The position numbers and the translations under genes were made by a program. Shown piece by piece: positions 1-10,830 of a stretch of 64,000 nt of DNA; the first letter of the stretch is position 1; every line of letters begins with the position of its first letter. The notes beneath the pieces were generated by a model that saw only the letters and a list, made by a program, of their open reading frames with translations, made no database searches and had not been told where the DNA came from. Source of the stretch: Balanoglossus misakiensis (taxonomy: Eukaryota > Animalia > Hemichordata); assembly GCA_040954595.2 (NCBI GenBank), contig CM082597.2, forward strand, positions 1,284,886 to 1,348,885, given 5' to 3'.

Positions 1-104
1 TCCATCTGCTTCGTCAAACATGCCAACAGAGATCATTTTCAGCGCCAAGACCTCACAAACACATTCACCGCATCATAATCATCCTCCCTGATATTACAAA
101 AGGG
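1..104 (-). other. Candidate exon of an unidentified minus-strand gene running off the left edge; possible CDS start MISVGMFDEADG... at 36
   Basis: Acceptor tgattttcag| ends at 105. An ATG at 36-34 is open to position 1 (12 codons). Strong upstream donors lie at 2592 and 2332. The product cannot be identified from 12 aa. Confidence 0.3.
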
Positions 105-474
105 CTGAAAATCAGCAAATACAACCCGAGATGAAAGACAGTTTCTTTGTCAAATATCCCACACACAAAGACATAGGCACTGCAACCTTTCATCTTTTAC
201 ACATGATCTGTTACCATGCCCTACCATTCATGTTAGTTTTTGCTTTTAAAAATCTAAGTTCCCATCTCCCATATGGTGAAAAAAGATGCACATGGTTCAG
301 TAACTTGATGTCTCAATTTCTTGATATCTTAATTTCTACATTTTCATTTATATCAGAGAAACAAACAATTCTGGAAACTGAAACATGTAAAGTTGCAACA
401 TTTTTATAATGTCTTGTGATTTCACAAACTCTTAAATACACAAGAACAAGCTGATACAAAATTATACTTTAACT

Positions 475-935
475 GTCACTGAAACAGTGCTCTCATAGGC
501 TGAACACAAGAACTAAAACAAAATTCTAATCAAAACTATAACAAAATTCTAATCAAAACTCTCACTTGAACAGTGCCCTCACAGGCTGCACAAAGAAACA
601 AGCTGTTAATTTTTTTTAATTAAAACCCTCACTGGAACAGTGCCCTCACAGGCTTCACAAAGAAACAATCTGTTAAAAAAAATCCTGATAAAAACTCTCC
701 CTTGGACAGTGCCCTCACAGGCTGCACACAAGAACTAAAAGAAATTCTAACCAAAACTCTCACTTGACCAGTGCCCTCACAGGTTGCACAAAGAAACAAG
801 CTGTAATTTTTTTTTAATTAAAACCCTCACTGGAACAGTGCCCTCACAGGCTTCACAAAGAAACAATCTGTTAAAAAAAATCCTGATAAAAACTCTCCCT
901 TGGACAGTGCCCTCACAGGCTGCACACAAGAACAA
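475..935. repeat. Minisatellite of 7 units (62-86 bp) with a 198-bp three-unit higher-order period
   Basis: The core cagtgccctcacaggc(t) starts at 485, 571, 638, 707, 769, 836 and 905. The distances 571->769, 638->836 and 707->905 are all 198 bp. Confidence 0.92.
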
Positions 936-2592
936 GCAATGGTGTCCAATTTCTGTCTTATAATGGCAGCCATATTTTGAGTTGTACATATCCAATATGA
1001 ACATGTAGATTTCTTCAATGTGTATGTATAGAACTATAGTAACAGACAGAGTACAAAAATAATACTTCATATAATGAACATAATAAAATGTGGGCAAGTA
1101 AGCCTCTCAAATTGATGGAAACATTAGCATTTTTCTGGAGGGGTGCTTAAAGTTCATTTGGGAAAGTTTCAAAATGATGCATTTGGAAATTGTCCCAATA
1201 TATGTTAGCCAAGTTTGAAAAGAACATTATTTAAAATTTTGATAGAGCAGTGCTCTAAAACATCTTCTCTAAGATGTGCATAATTTGCAGAAATACATTG
1301 CTTACTATATATATATTTCAACATTCTGATTTTCATGATTCTGCTGTTGGAATATTGGACAAAGCAATGTAGGGAAAGTTTCTTTCCAATCAATCACTCA
1401 ACTACATGATAAAAAGCAGTGCTATTATTTTATTCAAAAATTCTAGAGCTGTAAATTTTACAAATTATGAATAAACTACTCCAAGCTTGAGAAATAAGCT
1501 TAGAATTTTGAAAAAGAACCGCAACGCAATACTAGCTAAACCCACTACGTCATCCATGTCGATTTCATAACATTGCGAAAATGTACATTGTAACATTTTA
1601 CGCACTGACACGCGACCAATGTAACATTTTCTTTCATAAAGAACGACGCAGTTACAATAGAAGCGTGCCAAAATTTTCAAGTTTAGAGAACTTTGCTCGT
1701 AATGTCCGGGTTGCTGGCTCAAAATGCGTAAATCTTCTTGACCTTGGACCATTCATGGTGACCTGAGCACGGATGGAAAAATCACCCGACTGTATTGGAA
1801 TCCGGAAGTTCACCAAATACGAGTAGTCACTGCCACAGAAGTCGTATTACTTTTGTGAATAGTCCACTGTTTTGAGGTTTTGATTAAAAGCGAAGGTGTC
1901 GACAGTTGTGTGTGAAGTTGTGAAATATACGTTGTGATATTTTGAGTGTGAATGGACTATAAACTTTGTCATGAATGGAGACAGTGGGCAACTATACAGA
2001 GCCACACAGCGCTGGTGAATTGTTTACAAATGTGTGTGCACTCAAATTTTGAATGCACCGTCTGCTATTTTAATCCTCTGAAAATCCGTACAGGATACTT
2101 CACACATCACAGTTAAAAATCTCCCGATGCAAATTCCAGTGTCGAGGGCTTGGAAACCTGAGACTGGAATGTGAGCGCCTGGTTGACAAAAGATTTGATG
2201 TGTTTTGTTGTGTGGAACGGTGCACGGCCATTGAAACTCAGTCAGTATTAGACATGGCTTGCGTCTGAAAGAAAATTATCACGTCTGACACATTCACACG
2301 TGGGGCAAAACCGCGGCGCATACACCACTTACGCAATCATTTCCGACCGACATATCTCGTTCTAATAGATGCTGTTTATGTCTGAATCATTTTGGCCTCA
2401 AAAAATCAGTCAAACCGCCAAGCGAAACGTCAAAAACCGCGTTGTGGTGTTTTGTGTTGTTGGTCGTTCATTTCTGGTTCTTATAGCCCCAGGGCCGAAC
2501 TCATTCACAGTTGACCCACTGAAGCTGGTAAACTATGTTTTCAAACACCTAAAAAAGCGCGGCCTTGCGTCTCTAAATCCTGCAAGACTTAC

Positions 2593-2700
2593 CTTTAAAT
2601 TGTCTTTGAAAATTCCGTCTAAATTTACCAAAATTCCATCTTCTTAACAGCAAAATCCTCGAAAATGTCGCCAAATCTCATATCTGTCCCAGTTAGTGAA
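2593..2700 (-). other. Candidate non-coding first exon of the left-edge gene, containing an 18-aa uORF (2681-2625)
   Basis: Consensus donor AAG|GTAAGT with GT at 2592-2591. The upstream sequence (~2700-3100) is CpG-rich and promoter-like, with CCAAT and TCTCGCGA-like words. The 5' boundary is approximate. Confidence 0.4.
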
Positions 2701-3381
2701 ATGAACAAGAGCAGCTGACGATTATGCTAATGAATGCAAATCATCACGGTTGACTAACCATCGCTTGTTGCTCCTCCCAAACTTTGAAGATAAATTACAA
2801 ACTTTCCTTCTTTGACTCAGAGACTGGCTAGTAACCCTTCAACTAAAGTACAATGTGAGAATAAATTGATGTTCTGGCGTATTTTTGTGGTTTCAAATTT
2901 CTTTAGGAGACACGAGCGTATCCCTATAAAATCAAGGGCTGCAGTTCGTTTCATAACGAGAGAGGAGATTATTTCTCGCGACTATCCGTTATCCAGATAT
3001 CATTTTTCTTCCACAAAAAATTGCTAGGAAAGACATTCAGTACGCGACCAATTCTAAACGCTCTCTCACAAATAGCTAGAGAACATTAGGCGCAAAATTA
3101 TTCGGGAACAAATTGATGGAACTTTTATATTTTATGTCCACAAGTAACTTTATTTGAGAGCAATGTCTGTATGGAAAAGAATACAACTATGACTTAAACC
3201 ACAAAAGAAAATTACTCCCCCCCCCCCCCCTAGGCCCTCCCAATCACAAAAATATAGAGTTTGTGGACTTTGCTTCTGTCAATATTTAAAGGACCACTCT
3301 CTGTTCGTCCTGATTCGACCTTCTGTGACAACACCATGACAAAGAGACACTAAATGGTGACGTAATGATGACGAGCACACA

Positions 3382-6071
3382 CTAAATAGAGATGCCTTTG
3401 GCTATCCACGATACCACGTCATAGATGTCAACAGTTTTGGCATTGGCCCACTGTCTTGCACTGTTTACGATGTAATCCCAGCTAGATGACCTGCTGGCTA
3501 TGTAAATATGGGAACCTGCGTAGAAATGAGGAAAGACTAAAATATTTTAGTGCTTGTAGTGTACTCTAATTACAGTACATCAATATATATATATAGCTTA
3601 GGGGCCCATTTATAGCTTAGGGGCCCATTTATCCTCACAGCAAAAAACGCCGGGATTTGCAGACATTTTGGAAAAATCGTTCAAAAAAAAAACACGTAAA
3701 AATGTAGATTAAACCTAGGGCCTAATTTGTTTTTCTAGGCAAAGGCTGGACAACAGCTTTAGTTTAAAAGCCCCGTTACATAGCTCTAATAACTCTTGGC
3801 CATTTTAAAACTGTTATTGTTTTGTATCACCTGTTCTAATTTGTCTAGTAAGCTTATTTAGATTATCAACAACATCCATCTGTGCACTGCAGCCATTTTG
3901 AAAACGTGGAGACTATCTGTGCGCAATGCAATATGGTACCGCTAAAAATATGATTCTGTCAAATTGACGAACCAGGACTACGAAAGCTAACCGTGAGATA
4001 TGATAACGGACGACTTTTTATTAATGGGCTGTATAGCAAACAGGTGTTTAAGATGTTAGACATATAGTTCTACTTACGAATACAAATTTCCTGTTCCAAA
4101 AGCGACCAAAAGTAGTTATCTTTCTTGTATTTTTCAACATCTGGGTACTGCGGTAGTTTGATAGTGTCTTTGCTGGCGATGTTCGGGACATGCGCATCCT
4201 CCATTATTTTCAACATGAGCTGAAGTGAGTCAGAGATGAATTAGTTATGATTGGTTACTTCAGAAATTCGGCTGACGAACTTGACAACTCTCATGGGCTG
4301 GAAATATGCGTATTGTATGCTGCAGTGCACGCGCAAATCTGGGTCTTACCTCTGCGTGTTGAGGCAAAGCCACATAGATACACGGTAAATCGTGCTCTTT
4401 CATAAAATGCCGGACATCCCTGGCAACTACTTCTGCTGTTTTGTTCATATTCTTCACCACACGCTGATTTTCTTCATCACATTTTCTCGGTGGGGCGCAC
4501 CTTGAAAAAACAAAAGGTGGTCACTTATAAGACTGTCGTGCGGAGAGGGCGTCTCACAGAGGCGTCTCCATAATATTATGTACTTGGTATACGACGTATT
4601 TAGACATGAAATCACAAATGTCCGCTATATTAAAAACGACATTAATTCCACTGTTTAGAGATACCCTGTACATAGTAGCAACTGTGTCGAGTGGGGCCCA
4701 TACCCGCAGCCACAGAAGGGACGACATCAACCCTTGAAATACTTACGGCTCTCCAGTTCTGTTTCTCCAGTGTAGAGCGACATAGGGTTGTCCATCACAT
4801 ATCATTTCTGACATCACTTTGGTTATGTGCTTTAAAGGTGGACTTAGAATAAAATGCCTGTTTACTGCATCCACGAGTTTTGATTTGACCAGCTGTGGGT
4901 ATAACGGCGAGGTCCAAAAAGATGGTTTGTACAACCCGACGCATTTGAAAGACTTCGATATCTCGATAGCCCGCTGTCTGTCACGCATCGTCCTCGGTAG
5001 AAGCTCGAATTCGGGCAGAGAAATTCCATAATGTTTCAAATAGTGCTCTTGCGTCACTGCATAGCTTCCAGGGCTTATAACAGGGTTTGTAGGATCTGTG
5101 AGTAAAATATCTACGGTGTGGTTGCAGTCGCGATTGAACTCATCCGCAGTTGCGATGTCTACAATCCGGCGCAGTTTTTCGACGTTGAAGGTTTCGTTGA
5201 AGAAATGTCGTTCTCTGAGCTGTTTTTCGTGACCCAGAGGATGAGACCAGAACATCTGTTCAACGATACTTCGCTTCTGGTACACGGCGTACGCAATCCC
5301 TGTCCGGTAAGCCTTGTATTGCACATTCGGTCCGTCGGAAGTGTGATGTACCGAGACCAGGTACCGGCGTTCCAACAATTTCAGTTGAGACGTTCTTGAG
5401 TCGGTAATTTTCTGGAGAAAAAACGTCAACAAACAAGAAGGTTTGATGTGATTCATAGTTGTCTGGGTCATCAGGTATATATGCGTGTGATTTCAATGGT
5501 ATCTAGCTATGCTAACATGTGCGCCACGTCATTCATTTTTAGGAAATAAAATATTTTAGGAGGGTTTACATGTAAAATTTCCAAGTCAAATATGTTGAAA
5601 GCATACCGAAAAACTGGCGAAGACACCTGCAGGGACTTTGGAGGGTTTACCAACCGTCTCTTCATTTCCAAAAGATCTCTCCTCATGTTTGGAAGTATTT
5701 TTTTCGGACCTCAGGCCGGTCCCTGTGTCTTCTAAGTCAGCTCTTTCCATGAAATCTTGTATAATATCGGTGTCGCGTAGATCTATCTTTGCTTGTGTCA
5801 CCGTTGACATGGTTACAGCGTTGCCGATGTCCTCAGTAAGAAAAGGTTTGAGTTTACTGCCAAGGTTCTGCTGTAACCAATTCTTTCTGTTGTTCTGCAA
5901 AGCTCCTACTGATTGATCCAATCCGATAATCGATTTCTTAATAGTTGTGATAACCGGCCACTTATTATACACCTGTACCGCCCGGTATTCAAAATACAAT
6001 CTAATGCAATACACCACAATCACCACGGCCAGCACGAAAGCGCCTCTCTTTGAACAAACAGAAACCTCCAT
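3382..6071 (-). CDS. O-fucosyltransferase-like (GT-B, O-FucT/POFUT superfamily) type II membrane glycosyltransferase, paralog A, ~518 aa
   Basis: Exons 6071-5607, 5411-4747, 4500-4350, 4219-4078 and 3515-3382 have GT-AG junctions with phases 0,2,0,1 and total 1557 nt ending in TAG. N-terminal TM segment AFVLAVVIVVYCI. Motifs DGPNVQ, YVALHWRN, CIYVALP and LLEQEICIRSHIYIASRSSSW resemble the O-FucT N-terminal GxN motif and motifs I-III. Minus-strand AATAAA at 3154-3149. Confidence 0.9.
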
Positions 6072-6664
6072 TCCAGGACAGCGAAAGATCCCGTGTTTTC
6101 AAAATCCCTGTAAATAGGTCTACACCAGGCCAACCTGGTGGAGCTTAACTACCCCTTAGGTATATGCAAGTTATCATCGCATATCTCTACTGTCAATAAG
6201 CGGGGGGGGGGGGGGGGGGGTGGAGCAAAGTTGGCGCTGGTAGACACTACTTATTTCCCATCTTTTAAAACATTTCTCTGTAATGTCATTTTCAATGTCC
6301 AATGAAGCTATAGGCTATGTATATGATCTGTTGCCAATTTAAGCGGATTTATAATAGCTCTAAGAACAGAAATTCTGGGTTAGGCACGTACCTGATAATC
6401 ATTTCTGTACACTTGCTCTCTGACACACTCTATCGCTGTCTCTAAACTATCACTGAACTCCCTATCTTAACACACTCTCTCTCTCTCCTCTATCATTCTA
6501 TCTCAGTTCAGTTATATGCGGTAGAATTAATGAAACAAAACTGACAACTTTGAATAAAATAATCAAAATCGCTCAAATAGAGAAATCTCATATTTTAATG
6601 ACACACTTAAAGAAACACGAAAATCTATCACCATTTTACGGAGTGCCAATTATTTTAAAGGAGA

Positions 6665-8878
6665 TCATCGAACGACTGCGCCCTCAGCGATCCATGATAT
6701 TACATCAGTCATTTTCACCGTTTTCGCGTTTTGAGCACTCCGTGCATTTGAAACAATGATGTCCCAGCTGGAGTGTACATTACTTATGTAAACATGTGAA
6801 CCTGTATAAAGAGATACAAAGAAGGGAATTTGTTTATGTACGTAATGTTACATCTTAAAGAGAAACAGCTGGAACTATTGATCAGTATTTCACAATTTGT
6901 ATAACCGTAATAAATGGGGTTAATAGATCTGCTTACGAATGCAAATTTCCTGCTCCAACAGTGACCAGAAATAATTATCATGCTTGTACTTTTCTACATC
7001 CGGGTACTTGGGTGGCGTTATGTCCACTGTGGAGATGACGTTGGGTATGTTGGCGTCCTTCATTATGTTGATCATGAGCTACGAAAGAAAGAAGGAAGGG
7101 AGGAAGGATAAAACAATAATTGATCACCTCAAATTCAAAATGTTGTCGGTTAACGACAAGGAAATATGTTTAAAGTGGTAGTTCTCGGGTTTTTGCTGCA
7201 GAAGGAACAAAGATGCAATTTTTAACAGTCATGGGAAATGCTAGGACTGTTTGTTACCTTAGCATATCCTGGCAGGGCTACGTAGATGCACGTCACATTG
7301 TTGGCCTTCATGAAATTGCGGATGTCCTTACTGGCCAGTTGTGCAGTTTTGTTAACAGCGATCACTCTACGGATACCGTCACCATCACAGTGCCGCGGTG
7401 GCGCACAACTAAAGAGAAGGCCAATGAAATTTTGTTTTAAAGGGAAAAATAATTATTTCGTTATTTTAGTTTCTTTTGAAGGATTAACCATGTTTCTTTG
7501 CTCCCTAAAACCTGTTTAATGACCGGTTGTTACTGTTCAACTAACACTCCGTATGAGAACATCTGGAACGTTATAATTTTTGTTCCGACCTTAAAGTTTA
7601 CATGCACTTGTCCACTTAGTTGCAACAGAGACTCGTAGTAATTTCACATCACATGTATTTAGGCTGCTGAGGCAACAGAGCTCTTCCAGTTTATTCTTGA
7701 AGTAGAATTTGACTCATTTGCAGTCGACAACAATACTACTCACCCTTCAGCGCTTTTGTTTCTCCAGTGCATTGCAGCATAAATTTTCCCGTCACAAATT
7801 TTAGCCGATATCTTTTGTGCCGTATTCCTTAACCGCGGATGAACGATCAAATGTGTGCGGACGACATCGATCTTCCGTTCTGTATCGAGCGGGGAAGGTG
7901 TCTTTCGTGTCCAAAACATGGGTTCGTTCACCCCGACGCATTTTAAAGACGCCGACGTCTCTATCGCTTTAACTCGATCATTTGTAGTTTTAGGCAGATC
8001 TTTGAGTTCAGGCAGAGAAATGTGGTAAGTCTTGCGATAGTAATCTATTTTCTTTTGGTATTGCACAGCATCAGGATATCCACCATTTTTCTCTGGATCA
8101 AGCAGCATAATGTCCAAAGAATGGTTGCAATCACGATTAAACTCTTCTATAGTTGCAATATCGACTATTTCTCTTAGTTTATTCAAGTCAAAAGTATCGT
8201 TAAGATAGTGCTGACGTGGGTGGTTGGGCTCCTGATTTATAGAGTGAACCCAAAAATATTGTTCAACGATACTTCGGTTCGTCTGCATGGCGTAGGCAAC
8301 TGCTTTCCTGAAAGTCTGGTACTGAACGTTTGGTCCGTTGGAGTCAAAATGAACTGACAGGAGGTAACGGCGAGTCGATAGTTGTTTGAGATTCGCTTCC
8401 CGTGGTGGCATAGGGTTCTAAACGAGTGGGGGGAAAAGAGAGAGAGAGAAGAGAAGAGAAGAGAGAGAGATTTAAAATTCGAGTAGACGGTGATGACGAA
8501 AGTGGAGATAACCACGCATTGGTATAAGTTCAGTACGCTGGCCATACAAGTAATACATTTAAATAATTTCACATTTACAGGGCTCTTTGTATTGATATCT
8601 GTGTTGTTTTCCGACCCGTGTGAGGTGTCTACCGTTTCCTGTGGGTGTCCATCACCATGTTTGTCCTGGGTGTGGTTTTCACCAGAAGACACAGTGAATT
8701 TCTTGTCCAAGTGCCGAGGTTCTGGTCTCTCTTCTTGTTTGGAACTTCCTCCCCAGTTCTTTACCATTTCCACTGTTCGATGGATTTGGCTGCCCTGAAG
8801 GTACACAGCAAACCAATACAGAACAGACCCGGCGCAGATGATGAGCAGAAAAGTTTTCAACCACGTAGAAACAGCCAT
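6665..8878 (-). CDS. O-fucosyltransferase-like type II membrane glycosyltransferase, paralog B, ~467 aa
   Basis: Exons 8878-8579, 8417-7744, 7408-7258, 7078-6937 and 6801-6665 have the same phases as A, with exon 3 and 4 lengths of 151 and 142 identical to A. Total 1404 nt ending in TGA. Motifs NGPNVQ, YAAMHWRN, CIYVALP and LLEQEICIRSHVYISNVHSSW. The exon-1 donor (GTAAAT) is the least certain junction. Confidence 0.88.
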
Positions 8879-10701
8879 ACTTCAGTATCGTTATAATCTC
8901 AAACGAGCAGAAATTCTATAATATACGTCCCGTTCGATGGTCGGGCCCCCCTAAGTAAATGCGGATTAAATCACTACAAAACCAGGACCCAAACAGATGT
9001 TCAAATATTAGGCGACAATATTTCTGTTCAAAAATTGAATTTCAGATCAAGTGTTGGGAAGACTTCTCCAGTTTAATTTAATTTTCATGATCTATAAATT
9101 GGTTGTGACGGTCTTTTATTCAGCAGATAATTACCCGATGGAAAATGTATGCTGTAGCCTATACTTTCAATTCCAAACCTAGTCCTAACCCTTCCAGTTG
9201 TGTGGATGAGAAAGTTAGTTTGGAATCACAAATATGGACAGAAGAGGATTGGCAGATGTTACAGTGCCGCCGGTGCAACAGACGTACCGCTGATAAGCTC
9301 TGCATGGCTGTGGTGAGACCAGCTGCGCGTACATCACATCCGGTTAACAACACGCACGCGCACAACTCTGCCACGTTGTTGTCTGTGCCATGCGATACGC
9401 TAAAGCTACGTAGCGCAGCCAGCGGCGAGAATGGAACAGGGAACAAGACTACTTGCAAATCCTCCAATCAAAGCCGGTAACAACACTGGCTCGACGTGAT
9501 TGATCCCAACCTCCTGTTCAAGGGTCGTCACGACAAACACACGCCACCCGGTGTTACAACATGCGCTATATTCGACAACAGATTGTGGATTGTGGCCTTT
9601 CGCAGATAAATCAGACGCCCTCGTCGACGTAGACGAAGTAACGTACAGAAACGACCTGCATGCATGTATTCAAAAAATATCTATAGCTACTACTGCAGGC
9701 TATAATAGCATCGTCGTAGAAATCGAATGCATTTTTTATTCAGAATGTGATAATTGCATAATATATTTATTTAAAAACATATGGCCCATCGTGTTAAACG
9801 GTACCTATTGTAGTTTCCTGACCTGTAATTGCTTGGCTGTAACCCATTGCTACGCGACATCTTGCAAATCTTTTGAACGACAGCGATACCGCCATAATTT
9901 TTACCACTCTCTTAACCCTGCAGTAAGAATATAAGCTTATTCCATTGCCTTAATTTGAATATTGTTACGAACCAAAAACTCGCAACACAAACACCCAGAC
10001 AGCAACAACAATGATACACAGTACACCCAAAGTTATATGTTTCACTGCGAATCTATTTGTCTCGGGAAGAAAATTAATATCATAGTACAAGCACTGAAAT
10101 TTAAATGTTACTAGGGTTCTTACTGAAATATTGTAATGTCCTCAAGAAACTTGTATCAGTTCCGCGGTAAGATTACACACGTGGTGAGCGGACGCGATAA
10201 TTCAGTGTTCCGTGAGTTCTCCGCACCGACCCGACGCTGGTTCACGCTGGCGTGCTGCTTTCTCACAAAGTTCTTTCCTGAAGTCCTCTCAGAAGAAAGT
10301 AACAGGTTCACTTCACTTACAGTTGCTGGCGTAGACATGCATTTTAAGTCCGAGAGCAACGCTGAATTCAAACCAACAGGACATACCGACGTGCTGAACT
10401 TCAACACCGAGCTCCCACGTGGATTACAAGATTCCAGTCCCCGTCGCTCATGGCCGAGTACAACTTTTCTGTTTCCTGGTCGGCTCACGCCACTTGACTG
10501 CCGTTGCAGAGAGTCAAAAATCAAAAACCCTAACGTAATATTCAAAATACCCAGGTGTACGGCTACTACAGCTAACGCTATGTTAATGACGTACACCCTT
10601 ATTGTTCATCCACCACTGATATTTAAATTCTATGCATTCGTAGTACCTTCGTAACAATATGAACATCCGGGGGAACTCTGTCGCAGGTTGGCAACCGTAG
10701 G

Positions 10702-10746
10702 GTTGCTAGGCGACCGTCCGGCGAAAATCAATCACCGTGTATAATA
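10702..10746 (+). promoter_or_regulatory. Putative proximal promoter of paralog C with an RFX X-box-like site and a TATA-like element
   Basis: GTTGCTAGGCGAC at 10702-10714 and TATAATA at 10740-10746 lie 85-130 nt upstream of the ATG at 10831. Motif match only. Confidence 0.3.
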
Positions 10747-10830
10747 TACTACACTAAACACACACTCCCTTGTAACACTTAGCCATTCATTGTAGAGGAT
10801 TTATACTGATCGAACCTGCTCGTAATAAAC

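Noticed and set aside
475-935. CRISPR-like look (conserved core with variable spacers)
   Set aside because: The 'spacers' are homologous and recur with a 198-bp period, there are no cas genes, and the context is eukaryotic. It is a minisatellite.
4819-5916. Plus-strand ORFs 4819-5031, 5118-5399 and 5638-5916 (also 8490-8798 and 28923-29249)
   Set aside because: Antisense shadows of real exons.
8237-8578. C-terminal half of the 213-aa ORF with a second hydrophobic stretch
   Set aside because: Read-through of intron 1 of paralog B. The Leu/Ser/Phe run is the CT-rich polypyrimidine tract.
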